Below, in pieces: positions 34,901 through 45,300 of a DNA stretch of 64,000 bases. Positions within the stretch are counted from its first letter, which is position 1; the number at the start of each line of letters is the position of its first letter. The notes below the pieces were generated by a model. It was given only the letters and a program-made list of their open reading frames with translations. It did no database searches and had not been told where the DNA came from. A program made the position numbers and the translations under genes. Origin of the DNA: Zygnema circumcarinatum SAG 698-1b (Eukaryota; Plantae; Zygnematophyceae); contig CM074810.1 of NCBI GenBank assembly GCA_037447605.1, positions 1,150,880 through 1,214,879 on the forward strand. Direction: 5' to 3'.

Positions 34901-35591
34901 CATTTTTCGTCTCATGTGAGTTTCTTGACGTGTACACAGGTCAAGAATAAGTTGGTCTACTCCATACACGAATATGGCCCGGCACTAAGAGTGCAGCCAT
35001 GGCACAATGAGCTAAATTTTCCAGATAACATGCCTGCATTTTGGGATTATTACTTTGGATACATCCACGACGAAAATATTGCGCCTGTTTGGGTTGGGGA
35101 GTTTGGATCTCTCTACAATCACACGGAATCGGAGAAGAACACGAAAGAGTTGGCGTGGCTGAGATTGTTTGTAGATTACATCCAGTAAGTGCCTTTTTGA
35201 ACCGCTCCTTCCAAGTGATCAGCATTGATCTTTTCAACAATGATGAAACATGAAAGTGTCATTTAATGGTAGTAGCATTTGTTTAGTGCTGTTTTACTTG
35301 TATTGTGAAATGAGAGCGTAAAAAGCTCTTGTGAAGAGCAGAACAGTGGAGCATGTAGTGTGAGGATTCTAACCAAAGTGTAGTTGTGAACTGTTGGGAT
35401 ACAGTAACAAGAGTCTTGTGTGGTCGTGGTTCACATGGTGCCCCAATGCTCAAAACGTGGGAGGCATTCTTTCTCAAGACGATTGGCTCACTCCTCGAGA
35501 AGATAAGCTTACAGAGATTCAGAGCATAATGCATCCCAACTTTGAGTTCCCTGCTCCAATTGCTCCTCCTCCTTCGCCGCCTTTGACGTGA
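31928..35591 (+). CDS. Secreted glycoside hydrolase family 5 endo-1,4-beta-glucanase (cellulase), GH5_1/E1-like; core exons ending 32884, then 33345-33554, 33708-33920, 34426-34535, 34679-34799, 34940-35184, 35405-35591
   Basis: Signal peptide (AFLLGLLLLLEAPGSC); GYWSTKGNRIVDENG, GINWQGFE, GFNLIRLPF, VILDYHR, IFNEPH (acid/base Glu at 34441), WRTAARRAGN-ILSINPHLLI, NKLVYSIHEYG, FPDNMPAFWDYYFGYI, APVWVGEFG (nucleophile Glu at 35099), WSWFTWCPN...GGIL-DDW. N-terminal exon joins (32065-32780) unresolved. Confidence 0.93.
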
Positions 35592-35687
35592 GCTCTCTCC
35601 CACCTTGTTGCCTTCTCGGAACTATGCGCCTCCCAAACGTACTGCTTTAGTAGGAAGGTTGTAATACTGTTCTGAACAGAACTGTTG

Positions 35688-35744
35688 CTCAGTTCTGTTG
35701 CTCAGTTTTGTTGCTCAGTTCTGTTGCTCAGTTCTGTTGCTCAG
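35688..35744. repeat. 13-bp tandem repeat (CTCAGTTCTGTTG) x4 plus a partial copy
   Basis: Directly visible, about 100 bp downstream of the GH5 stop. Confidence 0.9.
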
Positions 35745-37337
35745 AAGGTTGTCTGCCTCCACTCCGCTTCTGTGCTTGCAGCCCTCCGCTTCCACCAGCA
35801 AGCCCTTTGTTTTTGCAAACTCCGCAAACCGGCGGCGTACTTGCCCCCATTGGATACTCTCCTCCTGCTCTTGCCGACTCGCCTCCGCCGCCTTCTAGGG
35901 CAACCCGAGGAAGCGTTCAAAAACTCACCTCTTTGGTGGTTTTCATGCTGCCCACCTTGTGCCTCTTTATTGGTCTTATTTAATTTGCTGGTCAGATTGC
36001 AATAAGGGAAAGTTTCTCCTGACAGAGAGGCAGGCAGCCCCTGACACAAGGTGGTGCGTAAGTTAGTTGATCGCTCTGAATAAGGCCAACGAGGGAGCGT
36101 ATTTGGATGGAACATTTTCCTTGCCAGGTGCAGTAGTGGCGAGGCTTGAGGAAAGCCTGGGAATGGATTCAATACTGCTGTTTTTATTTATTTCTAGCGG
36201 CGAAGTTCTTGGGGCCCTGCTCTGCTCTGCCTCTGCTCCTTTCACTGTGATTTGTGAAGTGAAGCTGATTAGCGGAGTACGGTACAGGATAAGTTTGGAA
36301 CAGCACAAGCGTTTCGCTTGGATCTCAAGGCTCCCTGTGTCATCATTTCCTTTTTTTGTTTTTTTAGAGTGAAGTGTCCATGTACATTGCCATCGTGAGA
36401 TCAAGGCCCATTCTTTCTCGTTGTGATGCTTGAAATGTATAAGGTTGTGTCCGCGTTGCTCTCCTGGTCCATCATGCATTGTTTATCTTCAAGGGATCTT
36501 CAAGAAGAAAAGAAAACACGAGAAAAAAGTCCTTGAATTAGAATTCAAAACCGCTGATCGAAAGATTATGAAAAGACCCAAAATCGGAAGGAATTGAGAG
36601 TCGCAATTTTCGGGTATAAAAGGTTTATATTATCTGATCGAGAGAGAGAGGGAGTTGGGGAGAGCGAGGAAGGAGAAGTGACTGAACGAGAAGGGGGAGA
36701 GTGAGAGGGCGAAGAAGAGAGACCGCGAAAGGGACCATGGGAGAGAGAGAGACAAGAGAGGGAGAGAAGGAGCGAGAGAGACAGAGAGAGAGGAGCAAGA
36801 GAGCTATAGACAAGGAGAGACAGAGAACGAGAGAGAGAGGCCAACCTTACCCTCTTTCCCGAGCTCGAACGTGGCCCTCTCCCGCACGAACACCTTTTTC
36901 TCGATACGCGCGATTTACCTCGATAGAAGACATTTGATATCTGCATCCGATATTACATACAAAATCGATACGAAACGATAATATACGATATACACGATAC
37001 GGTGCGATACGATACAGTTCTCCCACAGTCTCCCTCCCTCCCAGTCCCCACACGCTGTGCAGCTCATTCGATTTTTCTCCCCCGGCTCACTCGCGTTTCT
37101 GTCGGCCGGCCACAATTTCCGGCCGGCGGTCGCCGTCCGGCAGACTCCTGGAGAGCCTGGCAGGCAGCAATGTGCAGTGCAGGGCTTGCTATTTCGCTCT
37201 CACAGTGAGGGAGGGAGGGAGGGAGGGAAGGAAGTGGGAGGAGCAGCGCCCATGGCGGGTTCGCAGGACTAGGAAGGAAGGCTGTAGGAGCGCAGTGGAA
37301 ATGAGGGGCCTGCGACGGGCGGGAGCTTCAAAGGAAG

Positions 37338-40300
37338 ATGATGGCGGGAGCATTTGGCAGGCCAGGCGGTGAGGTCCAAACTATCAGCTGAAACGGCTGC
37401 CGTCTCGGAGTATCATTTGGTATTCAAGAAATAAAGCAAGGAATGAGAAAGTAGTGGACGAGTGGCCTATTTGGAAAAAAAATTGCTTTAGTGTCAGTTT
37501 AAAAAAAAAAACAACTTTTTGGAATGTTTTGCGATGCTCGCAATTGAGTTAAGTAAGTATTATTGATGGTCATTTCCCTGGTTAAAATAGTAAGCGCCGT
37601 ATGCGGAGGTTGTCCTTTGCTCCAGCTTGCAAACAAGGTTTTCTTTCGCCGTGAATGTGTGCGCCTGTGTGGGTATGTTTTACTATTTGTCTACTTTACG
37701 AGAGTCCCATTTTGATGTGACATAAGCTGCTCCTTTAGTCACTCTGCTTGCCTGTACGATGTAAAACCGTCAGCATTATAAAGTCGTGAAAAGCTCCGTT
37801 AAATACATGGTGCTGCAAACCATTACATTACGGCTTTGGAAGATTTGTTAGAGCTGCGAATATAACTCGTCTCCCGTGCTCTTTGTGGCCCTCCACACCA
37901 ACTGGAAACCTCGACAATGGATACAGACCAGGTACTCATTAAGCCTTTCACTCACAAGGACTTACTGGATAAACTATCTTTCATGAGCTGAAGTATCTTT
38001 TATATGAAGCTTTACAGCCTTTTTTAAATTAGTGGTTTTGAACTGCAAAACAGGATAGAAGCATATCCATTTTAACCGACGCCGAAAGATGGGTTGGTCG
38101 GCCATTTTTTCCTTTCTAAATGCTATTTTACTTAAATTTCATAGAGCACTATTGGTCTGAAATAATTTGATGCTTCAGCGTGATGTTTTGAGTGAGCCTC
38201 TACATTTGAGGAGGTACATGGCTGTAGGACTCATATCAGTTAGTTTTGGATTGGAGGAGAATTATTTTAAGATCTTGCTGTCTGTGTTTGATTGCAGAGG
38301 TGCCCACTCCTATTCCAATGATTGAACCTGCATTTTATCCACAACATTTATCCAAAAGCATTCATCTGGTGCGTCTCTTACACCTTCTCTGTATCTGAAG
38401 TCCAACTGCTAAGCGTTTGGCGATGTTTATCCATGCGGGAGAGGTAAAATGTAAGGGATGAAAGTGCACATACACGGACAAGTGGGCATGAAGAGAGGAG
38501 GACGCTAGAGAATGGGAGAAGGAGACTGAATGAGAGTGCAGGAGTAGAACTGAAGCTACTACTATCAGTGTCACATGTGATGGACAGATCCGACATGGCC
38601 AGGGTTACCATAATGTCCCGGGAGAAATTCGTCATCCGTACTATGAAGCAAATGATTATTTGGATGCAAGCCTCACACCAACTGGCTGGCAGCAGGTGAT
38701 GCAACTTTAAATTAGGCTTTGTGAGTAGATGCATTTGAAAGATGTACACCGTGATTCATCATCAAGGAAGACTTATTTCGCTGCCGAGGCATGGAAAGGT
38801 CCATCGTTTTGCAGCTTCAGTCAGTAGCAAGCATCTTCCATTTTGTGTATATCAGAACTTCAGGTCAATGGTCAGGTGCAAGTCTTGGAATGTCAGTCTT
38901 TTGACATCTCACTCTCCTATTGATGTCTGCAGGCAACTGCCTTAAAGCAACATATTGCGAAAGCAGGAGGCCTGGGGATTCAGCTGGTGGTCGTTTCACC
39001 CCTCATGCGGTGAGGAACAAGCACTACTCGTCACTTTGTCTGTAGGAGGGTTTTGAAGTTCCATTACTACGAAATTGCAAAATTTGTGTGTCCCCTGCTT
39101 GCCAGATGCCAGATCTAGTCATGAGTATGTGTATTTGTGAAGCATGTCCCTTGTATTGTTTTATCTGGTAAACGTATGCGAGTATATCTTGACCAGTATT
39201 CTAGATCGATGCATTTGCGGCCTTCGACTATTTTGCACCAAGTCAAGATTCTGAAACTGAAGAATTCACATCCTATGTCATATGCACACCGTGATGGATG
39301 ATTATAAGGTCTCCTATCATGTAAGTTGTATTCAAAATTCTGAGGATTTCTAGTTATCATTTTGTTCCTGCAGGCAATTTATCTTCCCTTACCTGACCTC
39401 ATCTCCTTTCAGCATATTCTATCGGCTGGCAGGACTCTGCAGACAGCCGCAGGCGTGTTTGGGGGAGGCCCCTTGGTAGAGGGTGATAGTGAAGTCCCTT
39501 TCATGCTGAGCGGAACAGGAGCGAGTTCCGTGGGTGCTATCTCCAGCAAGGGCTGCCCTCGCATACTTGCAAATGAGCTATGTCGGGAGACTATCGTGAG
39601 TAAAACTCACTTCCACATTCGCTCTTACTCAAACTCTCTCTCTCGCCCTCACCCTCCTATTCTCAGTCTCATTCTCATTCTCATTCTCATTCTCAGTCTC
39701 ATTCTCATTCTCGTTCTCATTCTCATTCTCATTCTCATTCTCATTCTCATTCTCATTCTCATTCTCACGGCTGGTGGAATGTGTACTTGAATAGTCAACA
39801 GCTCGTGACTCTCAAACAGTCGTGGTTTGGAGCAAGGTAACTAAGGCCAAATCCAAGAAAAGGTTTACCTTTGGTCTTTGCTTGTGGCGATGGTGCGATT
39901 ACTATGCCGTGATTCCTTGAAGCATTTGCCCAATCGTTGTTCTAACGGAGAGCATAAGAACATGGAGGGTTTGCAGGGGATGCTTCCATGTGACAAGCGC
40001 TCTCCCTTGTCTCTCTGCAGGAGGCAGTTTCCCGCTGTTGACTTTTCACTCGTACACTCTCCTATACCTTTCACCTCTTGATTCCAGACCAAAGCTGTGC
40101 TTTACAGCGTATTTGGACATTGCACTGGATCGATAGCCGACCACAGGATGACTTTTTCTTGTGACTGTATTGTGGAAGCAGGTTCAAACAGATGAGGACA
40201 CTTGGTGGAAAAGTTATTCAAGAGAATCTGACAAGGAGATTTCAGAAAGAGGGCGTTTCTTTACTCAGTGGTGAGTGCTTTTGCTTCAGCCATACAAAAC

Positions 40301-41394
40301 AGTTGTACCACTGATTCTTCATTACAAAACTTACAAGCTGTGTAACCAAATGCACTCAGTGTATATTCCTTCCTCCCTTCCCGTCACTGTTGCAGTATCC
40401 GCATTCAATCAGGACCATGACTGAGGCTCTTCTTGTCTGATCTCCGAACAAAAATCTGTCAAATCAATGTTGCTCTGTTAACGAGAGGGCACATGAGCGT
40501 TTGTTTCTATGTTGAGATTCTAGTCGGTAGTATTCTGGAAGCATTAAAAAAAACAAGTCCTTTTCTTGACTAGTTATGTTTTGCTTCTCCTGTATAATAG
40601 GCTATTGTCAAGACCAGAACAATCGATTGCGGTGGTTTCCCACTGTGGATTTTTGTTCCATCTGCTCGCACAAGCTGCTGCCGACTGCGCACCTTCAGTG
40701 AGAAGCAATATTCGATTTCAGTACGTCCACGTTCACAATAGCCACTCTTGCAATGGTTGGTGTTTAACGAGGAAACCATAACCTGTAAAAGTTTACAGCG
40801 AAAGGGGTCGTGAATGATTCTTTTGATTCTTTCCTTTCGATTTTTTTGAATGTGTTAATCACGTCGGGGTTCAGAGTGTAGGGTTCCTCTTTGATCTTGC
40901 GAATACCCCCTCAGAAGGCAAAGGACGAAAGCCTCAAAAAGCAGTTGGCTTAGAGAGAGAGTGAGGAGGTGGAAAATTGACACGGGCTCTACTATGGGCT
41001 TCAGGTTCAACAACTGCGAAATGAGATCCATTTATCTTATTGACCGGAGGTGCGTCTATGCCCCTCCCTCGCCTCTTAGTCTGAGAGGCAGTGATGTTAT
41101 TGAAGAACGTTAAACTCTCCCTTCTCAGGAACCTTCCATACCTTCAAATCTTTCAAACTCCTCAATCTAGAGTCCGTCTCAAATGGATGAGAAAGCGGCG
41201 ATGCATGTAGCTTTCTTTTTTTGATAAACGGCATCCGACCTTTGGTGGAGGAGGGCTCAACAAAAGACGAGGGAGTCCTCTAATAGCCGCCCTCCCATTG
41301 TATGTGAAGCAGCGGCTCGCTGTTCCCAAACGGGAGGGCATTTGATGAGCTCAACTTTCCCGGGGGGCTCCTTCCTTCACAGCCTGACCCTTGA
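37338..41394 (+). CDS. Phosphoglycerate-mutase-like histidine phosphatase, about 10 exons; start codon tentative
   Basis: Exons encode KSIHL|[10 protein letters not shown]...[11 protein letters not shown]|LVVVSPLMR|[11 protein letters not shown]...ELCRE|PCDKR...FPAVDFS|[15 protein letters not shown]|FNNCEMRS|NFPGG; catalytic RHG and SH motifs present. Confidence 0.92.
39660..39768. repeat. (ATTCTC)n hexanucleotide microsatellite in a PGM-like intron
   Basis: About 17 near-perfect units visible. Confidence 0.95.
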
Positions 41395-41454
41395 GATGAC
41401 CCTCCGGAAGTGTGCATGGACGCTTCCGTATATGACTTTGGGACCAAGGAGAAA

Positions 41455-41540
41455 GTTTAGGGTAAGGGCTTTGGAGCATTTGGGTTAGGGTATTGGAGAG
41501 TATTTTCTAGGGTTTTGGAGAGATTTTAGGTTAGGGGTAG
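41455..41540 (+). repeat. Degenerate telomere-like (TTTAGGG/TTAGGG) tract
   Basis: TTTAGGG, GGGTTAGGG, CTAGGGTTTT, TTTAGGTTAGGGG interspersed over about 85 bp. Confidence 0.55.
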
Positions 41541-41544
41541 TTCA

Positions 41545-42093
41545 AGTGCTGCCAGTGAACTGGTTGCCAGTGAATTACACTGTTCCGAAATTGGTTTCCC
41601 ATGGTTGTCAACTAGAGTGGTTCCAACCATCGATTGCCAATGGTTGTCAACTACAGTACGTAATTGCAGCCATTTGTTGCCAGCGGTTGTCGACTAGAAT
41701 GGTTCCAGCCATCGTGCTTGTCAATTACAGCGAATGGGTCCAACCATTGGCTGCAGATGGTTGCCAACTATAGCCAATTGTTCCAACATTGGTTGTCGGT
41801 GGCTCTTCAACTGTCGTGGCTCCAACCATTGGCCGCCAATGTTTGTCAACTCATAGACAATAATCCCAACTATTGCCCATGGTTGTCCACAAGCTTATTT
41901 CCAACACATAGCTAACACTTCCAACCATTGCTTGCCAACGACTGGCTCAACCCTCCCATTTTGCCAATTGCCAACGACTGGCACAACCCTGCCATTTTGC
42001 CAATTGCCAACGACTGGCACAACCCTACCATTTTGCCAATTGCCAATGACTGGCACAACCCTGCCATGTTGTCAATTGCCAACGGCTGGAACC
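41545..42093. repeat. Composite satellite: diverged AACCAT/ATGGTT units (41545-41930) then a 36-bp unit x4 (41935-42078)
   Basis: Unit CCAACGACTGGCACAACCCTGCCATTTTGCCAATTG repeated four times with few substitutions; the upstream part shares the CCAACCATTG and CAATGGTTG motifs with the 31.2 kb array. Confidence 0.88.
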
Positions 42094-43865
42094 GCCAGTT
42101 CTTGGTACTTCGGTTCAAATCGTAGAGGTACGTCCGCCCATTCGTACTGACCGTCTGTACGGTATCGAAGCGTCGGAGTCCCGGGGAACCGTAGACCGTC
42201 CCTCGTGAGTCCTCCTCGCAACTGACGCCGATCCAACGGCCGAGAATGAAGCCGACTGTTCTCGGACATGAATCGGACGGTTCAAAACGGTCCGGTCGGC
42301 CATGCGCTCAGGCCGTTCGAGCGGTCCCTTTCCCGTCTCTCCCCCCAATGCAGCCTCGCCAAGCGCGCGCCACGTCACATATCGCGCCATAAGCAACGGA
42401 CCACATCGTTCTACGCCTTTCTACTTTAGTTTCTATTTCCTCCCCCCTTTCTACTTTGGGTCTGTTAACACACCTTTTTCGGCTTTATTTGCACCCTTTT
42501 ACGGCTGTCAGCTTTTATTTCAGGGTTTGTAGGGTTTTGAGATGATTGTATTTTTTCTTAAAAAGGTGCAAATCTAGTCAAAATAGGAGTGTATATAGTA
42601 AATTTCGCTTTTTTTATGTGCTCTTTCTTTTTGAACTTCCCTGGCAGACTATTACGAGCGCGAACCTAAAAATCCAAATCTGTCACATCATCGCATGCCT
42701 GTCTTGCTTTGTGTTATCTGGCTGTTGCGACGTGACTGACTTCGAAACATTTTTTGGACTTCGAAACATTTTTTGGCCAACGCAATAGTAGGCACAACTT
42801 TGAAATTACTACAAGTGCCAAATTGCAAAAGGAACGTACTGCCAATTGCATACCAACTCGTCACCATACAACCATGACAGTCACCCGCCACACTTCATCC
42901 CACAAAGAACAACGCATCCCCCGCCCCGAAGCTGACAGCCACCAAGAAGTGACAGGCAAAGCCCCATCGAAGATGCAAGCCATCAATAAGAACGAGCCAT
43001 GAGAGACCTCCGTCCAAGCTGCAAGTCAGCAAGAAAAAAGAGCCAGGACGACCAAGGCTTCACAAGCAAAGTTTATCCAGTTTTCATCGTCGCCAAAATG
43101 TTTTTTTCACACAGGCATGGCAAGGCGAGGCAAGTTCCAATCTCGCCAACAAACCCCAAAACCATTCTGCCAACGTAAACTTCCATCAAATCTGCCCCTA
43201 AGCATGGCTTTACACCCATTTACCCAAGCTACCTCCTCGCACAGTCATAGTGGATGAGGGAAACACTACAAGTCCTTGAACCAAACGGACCTCCACAAGT
43301 CTGGAAAAGAACAGACGGTTCAGAGGTGCAGAGTCCGCAAGTCACACTTGGATGTCATGTCATGTGGTTATTCGATGGGACAGCCACTTTTCACCTGCAG
43401 TCCCACCATACGCAAGACCGTCGGAGGAATTTCAATGAAAACAGCGACATTATAGCAAAATTAGTGATAAATTTTACGCGAATGCAGAAGAACTAGGTGA
43501 GGAATACATGAAATTGACGACGAATACAGAGGCAATCGCTATCAGGTTCCAAAATCCTCGTCAACGTCCACATCCCTGGGGGTAACAAGTGCAGCCTGAC
43601 GCCCATGAACTAGGCCAGCACAAATATTCCACTTCTCGACAGAGCCGTCCGACAGGCGATGGCAAAAATAAGAACGAACCAGAAATGGACGAGCGCAATG
43701 CAGCTGCTCATAAAAGCATACACCTATTTCTTGTAAAAACACGTACAGACACGTACAGACTGAACTATTTTCAGTGTCTAGACATCCAATACTTTAAAAT
43801 CTCTTACGTGTAACGATCTTGACCCAGAAGGAACAACCACAGACGTCCTTAAGCAGGCGCCGCAC

Positions 43866-44445
43866 CTATGCAGTGCTGGAAGTCCCCTTGCAGGTGCAAG
43901 AGTCGCCGCAGTTACAGTTCTCGCCGCACGTGCAAGACTGGCCAGCCACGCAGGCACGTGTCTTGCAGCTGCAGGAGTCGCCGCATGTACAGTTGCTGCA
44001 GCTGCAGGAATCTCCGCAGGCGCAGGTTGCCTGCAGACACCGGATATCAGATACAGACTTAGGTCGATCGTGCATAACCTGAATAGAACTTAAAATGTAT
44101 ATTAAGGGTGAACAAAAAAAAAAGGCCACCATATTAAGTAGCATGGCGAGATATTTCATGCCAGTGTTGTCACTTCAGCAAAACTGCCAGATAGTCCTGC
44201 TAACTTGGGATCACGTGGCAGGCAAAACCATGCAACACGAGAGAAACCCCTCAACTTTTCCAAGTTCTAACGCCCTCAACGCCTCACTCATCACGACACG
44301 CAAAAGATACGCCGATTCTTATGCAAACAAGACCCTCAGGAAGAGCCGCGCCTCGCACCTCAGTCACCGCCGCTTTGCAAGAGCAGCCGCTCCCGCAAGT
44401 GCAATTCTCACCGCAGCCGCAGCCGCCCGGGCAGCACCCTGTCAT
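43866..44445 (-). CDS. MT: Metallothionein, 2 exons (44445-44368, 44030-43866), 80 aa, 23 Cys
   Basis: MTGCCPGGCGCGENCTCGSGCSCKAA|ATCACGDSCSCSNCTCGDSCSCKTRACVAGQSCTCGENCNCGDSCTCKGTSSTA; phase-0 GT-AG intron; 10 CxC motifs, no aromatic residues or His. Confidence 0.92.
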
Positions 44446-44461
44446 GGCGTCCTGGAAGGTG

Positions 44462-44761
44462 GTACGTACAGAGAACAGAGAAAGGAGGGCGAGAGGGAGG
44501 AGGCGGAGAGCAGGAGAGCGTGGGGAGAGCGGCACAGCTAGCAGAACAGTACAAGAGTTGCACCCGGAGCTGCCAAAAAGGCGCAGGAAATTAGGCGCGG
44601 CCTCGCGCTGTAAATAGATTCAAGGGCCGTACCTGCCCCGGAAAATGCTCCGATTTTTTTTACGGATTCCCGAAACCTCCAGAATAACCGGCCATGGAAT
44701 CCGACGAAAATTGATCGTTCGTACCGTACGAAACCTTGTGCCTGTACCTTTCATACGGTAC
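44462..44761. promoter_or_regulatory. GTAC (CuRE / SBP-box core) cluster upstream of the metallothionein
   Basis: GTAC at 44462, 44466, 44549, 44629, 44721, 44726, 44744, 44758; TATTTA box on the minus strand at about 44611-44616. Confidence 0.55.
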
Positions 44762-44889
44762 GTTCTTGCAATTGCGACACGTGATTGGCAGGCCTCTTCA
44801 AATAGGGGAGATCCCCTAAATATCGTAAATAGCTTATTTATGTAAGATTTTGAGATTAGTTTACGTGATTTCAACTTAAATACCACACA

Positions 44890-45300
44890 AGCCCCAAAGA
44901 TGCATTTTTTTGGTTAAAAACAAAATGGAAATGAATTGCATTTGCAACCACGATAGCAATGATGTATATGAACTTTACTTGTTGGTATAACAACACGGCT
45001 TTAAAAACTGGTGCAACCTCTTCGACTCTTATAGATTGGTAAATTTTACCAATCAATTAGGACAACTGTGCATTTGGCAATCACAACATATAGTTGCTTA
45101 TTCAAAAACCCAATTGCACTGAAACTTTGTAGATCCAATCCTAAGCTCTCTATTTCCTTTTCCATCCATCATTAATTACTCCAAGTATCACTTTAGAATC
45201 TATCATAGTCTTGAAATTTCCTCACAAAAACTCTATTCCAAATCATAACCTCTGAAATTCTAGGTGTAGTCACAAAAGAAAAACTGAAATAGGAACTAAA
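44890..45300 (+). repeat. AT-rich interspersed repeat, copy B (homologous to 14985-15390)
   Basis: Same collinear blocks as copy A, same orientation, substantially diverged. Confidence 0.75.

Noticed and set aside
39362-39790. ORF with a poly-(IL) hydrophobic stretch as a membrane protein
   Set aside because: Artefact of reading a PGM exon through into the intronic (ATTCTC)n microsatellite.
42850-43700. Possible gene or retroelement remnant between the satellite and the metallothionein
   Set aside because: Only short ORFs; no RT, integrase or transposase motifs, LTRs or TIRs seen.
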